A stretch of 64,000 nucleotides of DNA from a virus: positions 20,770-84,769 of the IMG/VR virus record IMGVR_UViG_3300046318_000144; one strand, written 5' to 3'. Below the pieces are notes generated by a model. It saw only the letters and a program-made list of their open reading frames with translations, was not told where the DNA came from and searched no databases. Below are positions 18,938 to 29,800 of this stretch, one piece after another. Every line of letters begins with the position of its first letter. Position 1 is the first letter of the stretch. The translations under genes were made by a program, and so were the position numbers.

Positions 18938-20747
18938 ATTTCTGTCCCCAGTTCTCTAGTGGTCCATCAACATCAGCAGTAAGTGGTACTGCCCAACCTT
19001 CGGTAGTTGTCATACATTCACGGACTATTTTTTGAATTTCTAGTGCATCTTTACGTGGAGCATTTAGAACAATTTCATCGTGCACTGGCACAATTAAAAG
19101 CTCTGTTAGGTCAGCTTGGTCAAGTTTAATTAGATTAGATTTAAACACCTCAGCTGCACCTCCTTGGATTAGGTAATTTACTAGAGTATACACACGATCC
19201 TCATCACAAGGCAAGCGACGTCCAGTCCAAGTATTCACATAACCCTGACCAGTCTCACGTAAACGACGCATTCCTACATCTTCTACCTTTTTCTGGAATA
19301 ATGCCATACCAGGGAAACGCTCATCAAAAGCATTAGATACTGAACGCATCTGCTCTTCTGGAACACCAGCAGTAAGAGCCTGCTTTGCTACACCTGCACC
19401 ATATAGACGTCCATAAACTACACCCTTGATAAGGCCACGACGTTTATCTGACTTCTGCATTGTAGGGTCTTGATAAATCTCACGACCAATCTCAGTAAAC
19501 GGGTCTGAGCCAGTAGCATCCGCAAGATTAAATAGGCTAATAAGATTAGGGTCCTGTGATAGTGAAGAGAACATACGGAACTCAACCTGGTCAAGGTCCG
19601 AGGTAATGATTACGTGGTCATCATCCTTAGGCAAGAACGCACGACGAACAGTGTCATCACCTTTGGGGAGAGTCTGTAGTGCTGGGTTAGTAATAGACAT
19701 ACGTCCAGTACGGGCTCCCATAGTCTTCACGGACGGGTGTACAAAACCATTCACGTTATCATTAATGAAGTTAGAAAAATAGGTATTAGCTATTTTGTCA
19801 GCTTTACGTTGCTTTAGTGCAGTAGCTGCTAATTCTTGAACTGCTGGAGAGCCATTTATAGTCAAAAGCTTGAGCTGGTCAGCTGAAGCAGACTTGGCAC
19901 CAGATGGCGTAGTTTCAGTAATAATTGCACCCATGGACTCAAACTGTCGAACTAGCTGGGCATTACTGGTAATAGAGAATCCATAAGATGTCTTGGCCCA
20001 AGCCTTAACCTGCTCCGTGTAGTCGATGAGGTCTTGATACTTCTGCTTTGAGTACTCCAAGTCAAGACGTGCACCATTTAACTCCATACGAGTTACGATA
20101 CGGCGAGTAGACATTTCTAGCTCGTATGCACGATTATATGGTTGTCCAGGACCACACTTTTCCCAGAACTGCTCAAATAGACGCATGGTCAAAATAGTAT
20201 CTAGAGCACCATAAGACCAATAGGGCTCATAGTCAACTGGAACTGTTCCCCAGGTCCAACCATTCTTAGATAGGCCAGCATCTAACCCCTCTTGAAGAGC
20301 AGCAGCCATGGGGTCAACATACTGAGCAGTAAGTTTCTTCAAAGCACCAGAGCCCAGTGGGTCAATAAGCTGAGCCATAATCATGGTGTCATGGGAACGA
20401 TGCCAAGGCATACTCCAGCGAGAACAAATCTCAAACCACTTAGCTTCGAAAGCAATGTTATGACAGACAATTAAACCATCAAACTTAGACATGGCTTCAT
20501 AAAAAACACCAGACCAGTCATCCCATGGGATAGCCCAACCAGTGAGCCCATCCCCAACCTGTACTAGACGAAGTTGTCCATGCCAAGGAGATAGTGCATC
20601 TTGTCTATGACCACCAGGAAGCTCCCCAGTTTCAGTATCAATTGCAATTGCATTATGTGGGCGGCGTTCACCTAGCCAGCGTATAAACTTTTCAGCTTGT
20701 TCAACACTGTCTACAAGCTCCAGTCTTACATTTTCTAGTCCTGGCAT
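18930..20747 (-). CDS. polA: Family A DNA polymerase (3'-5' exonuclease plus polymerase)
   Basis: DTET, HNIAFE, TGRMS..NPALQ, motif A DLDQVEFR, motif B KGVVYGRLYG, motif C VHDEI. Confidence 0.95.
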   Translation of the reverse strand: MPGLENVRLELVDSVEQAEKFIRWLGERRPHNAIAIDTETGELPGGHRQDALSPWHGQLRLVQVGDGLTGWAIPWDDWSGVFYEAMSKFDGLIVCHNIAFEAKWFEICSRWSMPWHRSHDTMIMAQLIDPLGSGALKKLTAQYVDPMAAALQEGLDAGLSKNGWTWGTVPVDYEPYWSYGALDTILTMRLFEQFWEKCGPGQPYNRAYELEMSTRRIVTRMELNGARLDLEYSKQKYQDLIDYTEQVKAWAKTSYGFSITSNAQLVRQFESMGAIITETTPSGAKSASADQLKLLTINGSPAVQELAATALKQRKADKIANTYFSNFINDNVNGFVHPSVKTMGARTGRMSITNPALQTLPKGDDTVRRAFLPKDDDHVIITSDLDQVEFRMFSSLSQDPNLISLFNLADATGSDPFTEIGREIYQDPTMQKSDKRRGLIKGVVYGRLYGAGVAKQALTAGVPEEQMRSVSNAFDERFPGMALFQKKVEDVGMRRLRETGQGYVNTWTGRRLPCDEDRVYTLVNYLIQGGAAEVFKSNLIKLDQADLTELLIVPVHDEIVLNAPRKDALEIQKIVRECMTTTEGWAVPLTADVDGPLENWGQKYV

Positions 20748-21213
20748 CTTTGTCCTTTATCGTCTCTACATCTATACCGCAAGCTTTTAGGTAATCTAAA
20801 ACAACTTCTGGATTGCGGTGAGAATCCTTTTCAGTTACTACTGCTACAACCTTAGCAAGTCCCGAGTTAGAAATCAACTTAGCACATTGCATGCACGGGG
20901 CAGCTGTGACATATATAGTACCACCCTCTACTGCAGATCTGTCAACATATAGTAGAGCATTAGCTTCTGCATGGATAGCAGGACAAGCGTCATACATATT
21001 ATCTAGAGGAGCTTCCCCACGAGCCCTGGGACACCAATTAGAGCATTCACCCTTTACAGGGTAGTTTGCAGCTGGACCATTATATCCAGTAGCACAGATA
21101 CGACCATTCTTATCTACAATGACAGCACCTATCTGGGCACGAGAGCATCTAGCTCTAAGACCAACAGTTTCAGCTACTGACATCCAGGTTTCTTGCCAAG
21201 ATTGTCTGCACAT
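20701..21213 (-). CDS. dCMP deaminase
   Basis: ATGYNG, HAEANAL, PCMQC zinc motifs. Confidence 0.9.
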   Translation of the reverse strand: MCRQSWQETWMSVAETVGLRARCSRAQIGAVIVDKNGRICATGYNGPAANYPVKGECSNWCPRARGEAPLDNMYDACPAIHAEANALLYVDRSAVEGGTIYVTAAPCMQCAKLISNSGLAKVVAVVTEKDSHRNPEVVLDYLKACGIDVETIKDKDARTRKCKTGACRQC

Positions 21214-21683
21214 TATGGGATTATTTCTACCTTATAGATATTTGAAATATTCTGGTCAGCCTTGCCAGCTGTATCAAGTAGTCTTTGAGCAACATTAGTT
21301 AGGTAGCGTGCTCCGCCGTCATCGTACTTATATAAAGCATCTAGCACAGCGGTGGCTTCTTCACTAACCTGAGCCCAGTATCTACTTTTTTCTGGAAAAA
21401 CTAAAGCAGCCGAGTGGTCAGGGCAGCACTCTTCACAAGGCAAGGCATCACTTCTGAGTTCTTGGCATTCAATCTCTTGAAGTCCATATCTCTTCACAAG
21501 AGGACACGTTGAACCGTGGAATATAAGCGATACCCCAACCCTAGACAGAATGTAAGAGCCACTTTCTGTTTTATAGAGTTTAAACTCGATCCATCTAGTG
21601 GATCCTTTTTTCCAAGAAGTAGACTCGCCTAGAAGAGTTCCGTTAAATTGGAGCGTTCTTGCTCCATCACGAACTTCTAGCAT
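21213..21683 (-). CDS. Hypothetical protein with H..C/C..C motif (likely start MLEVRDG at 21683)
   Basis: Track ORF 21213..21764; the ATG at 21683 lies just after the upstream stop. Confidence 0.7.
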   Translation of the reverse strand: MLEVRDGARTLQFNGTLLGESTSWKKGSTRWIEFKLYKTESGSYILSRVGVSLIFHGSTCPLVKRYGLQEIECQELRSDALPCEECCPDHSAALVFPEKSRYWAQVSEEATAVLDALYKYDDGGARYLTNVAQRLLDTAGKADQNISNIYKVEIIP

Positions 21684-21684
21684 T

Positions 21685-21879
21685 TTACTTATCTGACTGC
21701 TCTGACTTACCTGAAAGCTCTGCAACCTTGCTTGTAAGTTCTTCAGTCTTCTTGCGCTCTGCAACTAGCAGGGCCTCAAGCTCTGCTGCAAGACTCATGG
21801 CTTTAGACAACTGCTCACGAGTAATTGCAAGGACATTGTCATAGACAGTTGGCTGGTTATTCTGATTTTGAGTAGACAT
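21685..21879 (-). CDS. Small coiled-coil protein (likely start MSTQNQ)
   Basis: Track ORF 21685..21921; purine-rich RBS before the ATG at 21879. Confidence 0.65.
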   Translation of the reverse strand: MSTQNQNNQPTVYDNVLAITREQLSKAMSLAAELEALLVAERKKTEELTSKVAELSGKSEQSDK

Positions 21880-21920
21880 ATATTTCTCTTTTCGTCTTGT
21901 AGTGTATTTCAATAATACCA

Positions 21921-22100
21921 CTAATTACAGCTATGGATGTAGCTAACAGCATAGGAATAGTTAGTAAATCTATCCATTTCTCTTTTAGTAACACTGTCCA
22001 TAACTACAAAGTAGGTTAACACTTCTGGCTCCCACTTTTTGGAAACTTCGTTAAATACTTCTCCACCAGAGGAGTCTTCTATTTTTTCAATATAGTACAT
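21921..22100 (-). CDS. 59-aa hypothetical protein after the tail-tip gene (not in ORF track)
   Basis: AAGGAA RBS then MYYIEKIEDSSGGEVFNEVSKKWEPEVLTYFVVMDSVTKREMDRFTNYSYAVSYIHSCN; fills the intergenic gap. Confidence 0.7.
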   Translation of the reverse strand: MYYIEKIEDSSGGEVFNEVSKKWEPEVLTYFVVMDSVTKREMDRFTNYSYAVSYIHSCN

Positions 22101-22108
22101 ATTATTCC

Positions 22109-25100
22109 TTAAGCTATCGGAGTTACAGACAGTGATCGTCTAGAAACGGTTGCTGTATCGGAGTTAGTCTTAACTGCATGCACCAATACATATGAGGTAT
22201 TAGCTAGACCATTAAATATCCAGAAGCCGCTATTGGATGTAGCCACATTTCCAGCGAGTATCACCGATCTAGAGTCATCAGCAGCAACTACTGGAGTAGC
22301 TGGTAGAGATGCATGACTATCAGTGTATACACCTGAATACTTCCAGATCTCAAACGACGTGGTTAAAGTATTTGTAGAGTTTGTACCATATCCCTCTGTC
22401 CCAAAGGATATCTGAGCAGCACCCGTCGGACCAGTTTTGAAGTAGACATAGCAAGAATCATCAGTTAAGCGATAATCATCTGGATAAACGCCAGTAAAGA
22501 AATTAGCGTAAGCCGTGTCAGTAAATGCTTTAGTGTAACTGTAGTTAAAGTACACTGCATGGTATCTAGTAGCTATAGAACTAACCACATCATTTATTGG
22601 TTTATCAGTTCCTTGATAGGTTTTTGTTGAATAATTTAAATCAAAAATAGGCTGATTAGTGTTGCTAGATAGACTGAATGAGTCAGTATTTATAACCACT
22701 GAGTCAGAAGAAATTACTACCTCACCTAGGCTTGACCTAGCATCGTACCAAAGAGAGATGTAGTTATTATCTTTAGTAGTTACCGTACTAGAACCAGAGT
22801 AGTCATACAGGTGTTTTCTAGCTACTAGCTCGATTCCAGAAGATCCATTAGTTGTATATGTACCTACGTAAGGCTTTACATAGCTGTGAATCTGGTTATC
22901 GTCAGTACCATAAGAGTACTCAGGGCCAGAAAATACAGCAGACCAAGTGCTGTAGTATGGCTGGGTACGCTGTATGGGGTCTATAGAAAGATCGGCTACC
23001 GATACGTTGGCATTATTAAATAACCCATAAGACTCTTCATCAACTACTAGTGAATCTACTCGCAGGTAGGAAGTTTGAGTACTTAAGTCAACGTCAATCC
23101 AACGCTTACCAGATTTTACTGATGCTGTATTTGGATCAGTAACTTCCTCAGCTGCCTCTAGACCATACCAAGAATAAAAGTCTTCATTGCTAGATGCTCC
23201 AAAGAAAAAATCATCCTCTGTACTTAGATAAACATTATCAATAATGTATCCAGAAGTAGATTTAACATTGGTCTTACTGCCTACAGCAGACACCCAAGCT
23301 GGATTTAGAGAAGCCTGACCATTAGGAACTCCAGACATTCTATATAACCAACCAGGAAATACTACATAGATTGGGACTTCCGCGGCGTATTCATCGGGAG
23401 AAAGTTCTTGATATTTTGCATCTATTTTTACAGGGTCAAGTTCTAATCCTGGACTCTCTCTGTGAACCCCATTTACACTATCCCACATCATTAGGGGGAT
23501 GTCATTTCTATAAATATTAGAGGATACTTTATATTTTTGATCAGGTTTAGAAGTAAAGTTATAAACCATCAGATCTTCAATAGATACTCTATTTGATGTA
23601 CTACTGCCAAATTGGATTTTAATTTCACTAAGATCCATAGCGACGTTAGCGCCTTGTCTAGCTAAAAGACCATAGTGTGCGATATAAGAAGCTGATACTT
23701 CTCTATCAGGCTCTAAAGTAAACTCCACATCAGGGCCTGGTGATGTCCAGGATATTGTTCTATTATCTGCACCAGTAGTGTCTAAAATTACATCGTTAAG
23801 AATATCAAAACTAGTATCCTGTTCGATACTTATAGCAATCTTATCTCCCTTACTAAATATCTTATAGTCAGAGTATCTTTCAGGTTGCTGAGGGAGAGTT
23901 ATATAAGCTATGTTATCTACTCGTTTTATAACTAACCCACCGAGATTTACATAGTCAGAAGTAACTAAGCCCCAGGGTTTGGTAGGGTCATTATCTAGTG
24001 AGTTAGGAAGGTCTGCAAAAAAACTATCCTCTCTATAGCCATTTACAGCCATATACTGTACACAATGGTAGGAACCACCAAACTCTCTACCATTATTTAT
24101 AACTAGCGTATTTCCACTAACTGATTCAACAAACATAATGTCAGTAAGTGGCAATGAACCAAAGTTAAGCCAATCAGCAACTCCATCGTCCCACTGAGGG
24201 AAAGTACCATTGCTATCATACTGAGCGGTTAGATAGTCACTTGAACCATATAGTGCAAAAAATTTATTAAAGACAATAGGGTCACCAGCTTCAAAAGTAT
24301 GACCAGACGGAACTGTAACATAGATATAGTTGTCACCCTGAGTGTACTCTATTCCAGGTACTGAAGTATATAGTCCACTACCAGTAAAGTTCCACTCGCT
24401 ATAAGTATCACCTAAGTAGAGATATTTATTATTGTAATTAGCAAAGACATCAAAGTTCAGGTATAAAGATTTTCTACCAGAAACAATACCAAATTTCTTG
24501 GTAACTTCCCAGTCAACTGTAGCCACTACATAATCATTCTTATCTCCTGACCACGTGACAGCTAGTCCGTACTCACTGGAGCTCTGTAGTGGGGGAGTTA
24601 TGGTAGTTAGCTGCTTAGTTGCAATAGCAATATTTGTAGTACCAGTGACTGATGTTGACCACCCAGAAGTACTAGAAATAGGGCTATAAGTAGCTGTATT
24701 GAATTGTTTATATTCAAAACTTGGATTATTTATCAGGTTTAGAGAGCTAGCAGCTACATATTTAACACCTTGACTAGAAAAGTACCCGTAGTCTAGATAT
24801 GCCCTACCGTAGTCTTGAATGTATAAACCAGCTATGTCGAGTAGCGACTGAGACACAAGCCCAAAATACTCATCTTCATCAGTTTCGTAGAGGATATCGG
24901 CTGATGTCCCTAGAATACTGTATTTAATATAATCGTCAGAAGTTTCAATAACCTGTACGGCAACATTTCCAGTACTAAATATAGTGTCATCATCAATATC
25001 GACATATACATAGTCATTCACCTCGAAGGTGTGGCCTGGTATGTGAATAGTTGCTATATTATTTGTTAGAGATCTTCCAGTAATAGGTACGGTATCTTTA

Positions 25101-25525
25101 GGAGCAACTTTAAAAAGACCTACATAGAGTCCGCTAGTCTTACCATCATCACTATCACCTAAGTCTTCACTCTCTAGATATGTTCCAAATAGAGTTTCTC
25201 CACCTATGACTCGCTCTACACCGCCAGAGCTAATATTCCAGTTTCCAATACTTCCAGACTCGGCGTTTATGTCACCGCGAACTAGTACATTTGCAAACTC
25301 GGCGTTGCCAGATCCCGATATCCTCCAACCAGCTAAACCTTCTTGGTAGTTTTCACTCTGAAGAATTGAAGTTGATAGTATTAGCTCGTTAGATAGCGAG
25401 GCCCCAGTTATTGAGCCATCAGCTATTGCTGGTGCTGGTTGGTTCTTTAGTGTTTTTACATCGTGATTTACGGCAGCAATGTATGAACTAAAGCTTCTAG
25501 TTCTTCTTACTCTTTTATTCGCCAA
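22109..25525 (-). CDS. Tail tip/minor tail protein, putative receptor binding
   Basis: LQSENY..G.AGWRI...GNAEF.NV.VRG.I.A.SG.IG motif typical of tail-tip proteins; position after Tal; beta-barrel repeats. Confidence 0.8.
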   Translation of the reverse strand: MANKRVRRTRSFSSYIAAVNHDVKTLKNQPAPAIADGSITGASLSNELILSTSILQSENYQEGLAGWRISGSGNAEFANVLVRGDINAESGSIGNWNISSGGVERVIGGETLFGTYLESEDLGDSDDGKTSGLYVGLFKVAPKDTVPITGRSLTNNIATIHIPGHTFEVNDYVYVDIDDDTIFSTGNVAVQVIETSDDYIKYSILGTSADILYETDEDEYFGLVSQSLLDIAGLYIQDYGRAYLDYGYFSSQGVKYVAASSLNLINNPSFEYKQFNTATYSPISSTSGWSTSVTGTTNIAIATKQLTTITPPLQSSSEYGLAVTWSGDKNDYVVATVDWEVTKKFGIVSGRKSLYLNFDVFANYNNKYLYLGDTYSEWNFTGSGLYTSVPGIEYTQGDNYIYVTVPSGHTFEAGDPIVFNKFFALYGSSDYLTAQYDSNGTFPQWDDGVADWLNFGSLPLTDIMFVESVSGNTLVINNGREFGGSYHCVQYMAVNGYREDSFFADLPNSLDNDPTKPWGLVTSDYVNLGGLVIKRVDNIAYITLPQQPERYSDYKIFSKGDKIAISIEQDTSFDILNDVILDTTGADNRTISWTSPGPDVEFTLEPDREVSASYIAHYGLLARQGANVAMDLSEIKIQFGSSTSNRVSIEDLMVYNFTSKPDQKYKVSSNIYRNDIPLMMWDSVNGVHRESPGLELDPVKIDAKYQELSPDEYAAEVPIYVVFPGWLYRMSGVPNGQASLNPAWVSAVGSKTNVKSTSGYIIDNVYLSTEDDFFFGASSNEDFYSWYGLEAAEEVTDPNTASVKSGKRWIDVDLSTQTSYLRVDSLVVDEESYGLFNNANVSVADLSIDPIQRTQPYYSTWSAVFSGPEYSYGTDDNQIHSYVKPYVGTYTTNGSSGIELVARKHLYDYSGSSTVTTKDNNYISLWYDARSSLGEVVISSDSVVINTDSFSLSSNTNQPIFDLNYSTKTYQGTDKPINDVVSSIATRYHAVYFNYSYTKAFTDTAYANFFTGVYPDDYRLTDDSCYVYFKTGPTGAAQISFGTEGYGTNSTNTLTTSFEIWKYSGVYTDSHASLPATPVVAADDSRSVILAGNVATSNSGFWIFNGLANTSYVLVHAVKTNSDTATVSRRSLSVTPIA

Positions 25526-26750
25526 CTCGGTCTACCTGCCAATCAACTATCAAAGTCAATGATACTTCTTCGGGGAAAGCTGGATTATTAGGTACTGTCA
25601 CTGATACGGAGTCTATCTTCCTAACAAATATATCTTTTCTCGGCTCTAATACCGTGTTTAGACGCTGCTTTATAAACTCATCATTAACAACGATGGAGCA
25701 CCAGTTTCCTGGTTTGTATGTACCAATCAACGGGCTTATAGACCCATTAACAGTAATTGATATGTCACTAATCGGTGGTCTAGACTCATACAGATATCTC
25801 CTAGCAGTGTTGTGGAAGTCCAACTCGCTATCATAGTTACCCCAGCGGTCTACTATGGCTTCTTGACTATTAGTAACGGACCACTCTACATTTTCTGCTC
25901 TATCTAAGATAGGCCAGCCATCTCTAAGTAAATCGGTGGCAGATGCTGCTGAATAGGTAGCATCTCCACCACCAGACTCATTGCTAGTACCACTTATGAA
26001 CATTCTTGTAGCAGCATTTTCAGAGCTTTCCGCAAGACTCAGGTCGATAATATTTCCAGGATATTCAAATACAATTTTGTCAGCACCTAAAATAGATGGG
26101 TCAACTACTTGACCAGTAGCTAAGCCTCGATATGTAACCCCTGTAGTGTAGTCTAGGCGCTCAGGGAGTGAGTCAAGATACTCTGTAAGACTCTTAGGCT
26201 TGGTAGGGCTTAGTACAAATGTTCTGGTGAAATAGGAATCTCCTGCACCGTCAACTACTCTGTTGCACTCTATTCGGTAATCAAAACCATTGAGAGAGTT
26301 AGAATACTTCTCTACTACATCTGAAATGGTAGTTAGCTCAGATCCTCTAATTATTTCATTTTTTGCAACGTCAGAGCTGTAGTCAGTAGTGGAGAAGTCC
26401 ATACCACCAATACCAGCACTCTGAGTAAACTCTCCATAGCTTGCAACAAATAGTGTAGGTTCTACAGAAACCATAGGGGATGGGATTATAACTCCGTTAT
26501 AGTCTTCATCTATAGCATTGTATGAGTATGGGGCAGCCTTTTCGCTACCAGTAAGTCTGGCTCGAGCAGTATCAGCTATGCCAGTAGCTACTTTTATAGT
26601 CCTGGCTCCAATCAAAGTTATAGTTTTTACACCATTCAAAGATGAATAAGTGCTAGTAAACCCAGACAAGGTAATTTGATCGCCTACACAGTAGTTGTGG
26701 AGCCTGTTTTCTTTAATCCACAGCTGGGCAATTCCATTATCGATTTGCAC
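25515..26750 (-). CDS. C-terminal part of the baseplate hub/Tal-like minor tail protein (frameshifted continuation of 26825..30610)
   Basis: Frame is open upstream to ~26852; FEYPGNI...AATRMF C-terminal hub motif. Confidence 0.75.
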   Translation of the reverse strand: MQIDNGIAQLWIKENRLHNYCVGDQITLSGFTSTYSSLNGVKTITLIGARTIKVATGIADTARARLTGSEKAAPYSYNAIDEDYNGVIIPSPMVSVEPTLFVASYGEFTQSAGIGGMDFSTTDYSSDVAKNEIIRGSELTTISDVVEKYSNSLNGFDYRIECNRVVDGAGDSYFTRTFVLSPTKPKSLTEYLDSLPERLDYTTGVTYRGLATGQVVDPSILGADKIVFEYPGNIIDLSLAESSENAATRMFISGTSNESGGGDATYSAASATDLLRDGWPILDRAENVEWSVTNSQEAIVDRWGNYDSELDFHNTARRYLYESRPPISDISITVNGSISPLIGTYKPGNWCSIVVNDEFIKQRLNTVLEPRKDIFVRKIDSVSVTVPNNPAFPEEVSLTLIVDWQVDRVGE

Positions 26751-26824
26751 ATATTCGATATCTAAATTGACATTATTTATAGATGCAATTCCACCAGAGA
26801 CAAATACTGAGGTCTCCGAACTGG

Positions 26825-29800
26825 CTACAGTAAAACTACTCGTGTCAGCTGCGTGATAGTGGCTGATGCACTATTGTATCCAGATGGTTCTATGTCATAT
26901 ATGGCTACTTTATCGCCTACTGCAAAATCATTGTATGCGTAATAGGTAACAGATGACCCGTCACCAACTGCGGAAGTTATTGTAGCACCCTTAGCTACAG
27001 CATATGTAATAGTGTCTTCAGTAGTTTTTACTACTCTCCTAGGGCTATTATTGTGACCATAGAATATGCCACCGCGAGTGTATACCCAAACATTGATGTA
27101 GTCATTTGCCTCCACACCGTGCGCTGGGCTGGTGAGCTTGACTAGGTTTGGTCTATCATTGGCTCTATAAACGTTAGCAATATCCTTTACGGTCTGCGAG
27201 GAAGATAGATAGTCTAGGTATGCTGTTCCAGGAGCTTTTTGATACTTATATCCAGAAACTACTTCAGTAGATGTGATACTAGTTCTATCTGGATATACAG
27301 CACCAATATTATTCTTCACTACAAAGAACGTAGCCTGAGCTGATCCATAGGTTCCCGTAGATGAAGACACTACAGTCCATGTTTTGTTTAGCTTAGAGTA
27401 GTACTTTCTACTAATATTCTTAAAACCACTAATATCTATCAGATCATTTTTAGATATAGAAGGTCTAGCAGTTGTAGTCTGTCGAGGGGTGATATCTACA
27501 GTAACAGTCTCTGCGGACACATCAATGCTAGAAAAATCATATGATATTAGATCATTCTTTATGTAGAACTTTGTAGAGGATTCTACATAAACTACGCTAG
27601 CTGTTCCGTTATACATTGATAGGTTTTGGCTTGTCTCAACTTGAGTTTTTGTTGGGAAGTACACTTCTGCAGCAGGAGTAGCTGGAGTCCAAGACCATGG
27701 CTTAGACCATAAATCAGTTTTTATCGAAAAAGAATAGGTACTAAGTGGCGCGGCATACGCATCATCAGCATCGTAGTAAATATTCCAGTTACCGTTTACA
27801 ACTGATAAATCTATATTTTTAGGAGATCCGTTGTATGTACCAGAGACTGTTTCTAAGCCAGATAATTTAATTTTAGCAGCAGATGTCCCAATGTCAGAAG
27901 TATCTAATCTATGCCAATCTTCTACAGTCACTACTAAGAATCCACTAGCGTAGGTCATATTGGTTATTTTTGAAGTTCTAGCAGGTAGTACGGTAGAGGT
28001 AGACGTAGCAGCTGGAAGACCATTTACACTTACAACGCTTCCAACTGTTGCATTGTTGGTAGACGCTGTAGTAATTCCCAGAACTCTTTGGTACTTTTTA
28101 CCGTCACCTAAAGTAGCTTCTAAAGTTCCAGTTATTGAATTAACATCGTAATTTACAGAACTGCCATATGTATAGTCTCCTACTGCTGTAAATTTTATAA
28201 ACTTACCTTTAGTAGTCTTATAGAAATCAACAGCCTTTATTCTCATCTGCGTACCAGCTGGTGATGCTCCTGCTTGAAGCGGATAGCTGAATGTGTTACT
28301 GGTAGCTTCTACAATTTTTACTGGTGCCTGTTCTGTAGCATAACTGTCAAAGTTAGTACCGTCAAAAGACAATGCCACATAGTCACCAATATTGAAGTCG
28401 TGGTCTATGGCAGAAACTTTAGTTAGAGACCCTACTGTCCTAATCCCACTGAATGGGACCTCTACGATATCCGTGTAACCAATCCTTGACTTGGTGCGGA
28501 CTATAGTTCCAGTCTTAGCTTTAGCTTTAAAAGATTTACTAGGACCCTTACTACTGGAGATATTATATGAAATCTCGTCGTAATCAGAAATACTAGTTAT
28601 GGTTTTACTTCCACCATAAGTTTTATTGTCTGATTTATCAGCTGCACCAACTGTAACCTTAACTATGTCACCAACCGACATATTGTGCCTAGCACCAGTC
28701 TCTAAAGTTATAGTTTTCTTTTTGTTCTTAACTTTCATAGAGAGCTTAGAAATATTTGAAACAGCATCAGGCTCTACGGCTTTAGACGATAGCTGCATAT
28801 TTTCTGGCAGGTAAGTAAACCACCCCATACCATCACGAGATGCCGTTGACCCAGATGGGGCATTTTGAATGGCTACATCATCTAACTGTTTACTAAAGCT
28901 GACATACCAATACGACCCAGAGACTTCTGGCTCAGCAAGAATCGGGTACTCTCCATTTAAAAGGCTTATACCAGATATGGAGATGTAATCACCGTCATTG
29001 AACTTAGGATTATCATTAAAGTACAAGTAGCATATCTCATCTAAAACTTTATACTTAACAATAGTTTTGGGCGATCCCATGGAGACCTGGTCAACCACAT
29101 GGTATCCGTTATATAGTGGATATTGCCAGTTTACAGAGTCTACACCGCTAACTTTAATAGTCTCTCCAGCGTAAAAACCATGCCCGTCCGACTGGGGAGT
29201 TAGCATAAACTGGGTTATTGGGTATGAAAGTTTTACAGTATTTTTCTTAGAGTCTTTTACCTTTGACTCTTTAACATTGTACTTTTTCTGAGCATGGTCA
29301 GTAATTGGATCAACAAACGTAATAGTTTTATTTTTTTGATCTACAGAAGTTAAAACTATGGCATCAATTCCAGATTTTGAGTAATCAAAAGTATTTTTAC
29401 CACTCTTCCTAGCAGGAGGTTGGTTTTGGATAGTTAACTTCACCTTATCGCCTACCTCAAAGGTGTGAGGGGTAGTTAGGGTTAGAGTTACTGTTCCTAG
29501 AGTTCTTTTAATTTTTTGTACATTTTTTACAATGTACTGAACTATTTCTCTGTAATTTATTAAAGTATTTTTATTGTAAAGATATGTTAAAGGAATCTCT
29601 TCTACAACCAGTGCAGTTACTTTATCAGACTGATTTATTGGGTTTATTAGCTCAAATTTGATAGTTGTATCGTTAGGTACCTCGGACACAACATGAGAAC
29701 CGTCGAGTAGTTCATCTACGTTAGCTATTGTAAATTTTTGACCCTGCACTAAATTATGAGGGGTGTCAGTAGTGATGGTAGCTAAGCCAGAACGAGCTCC

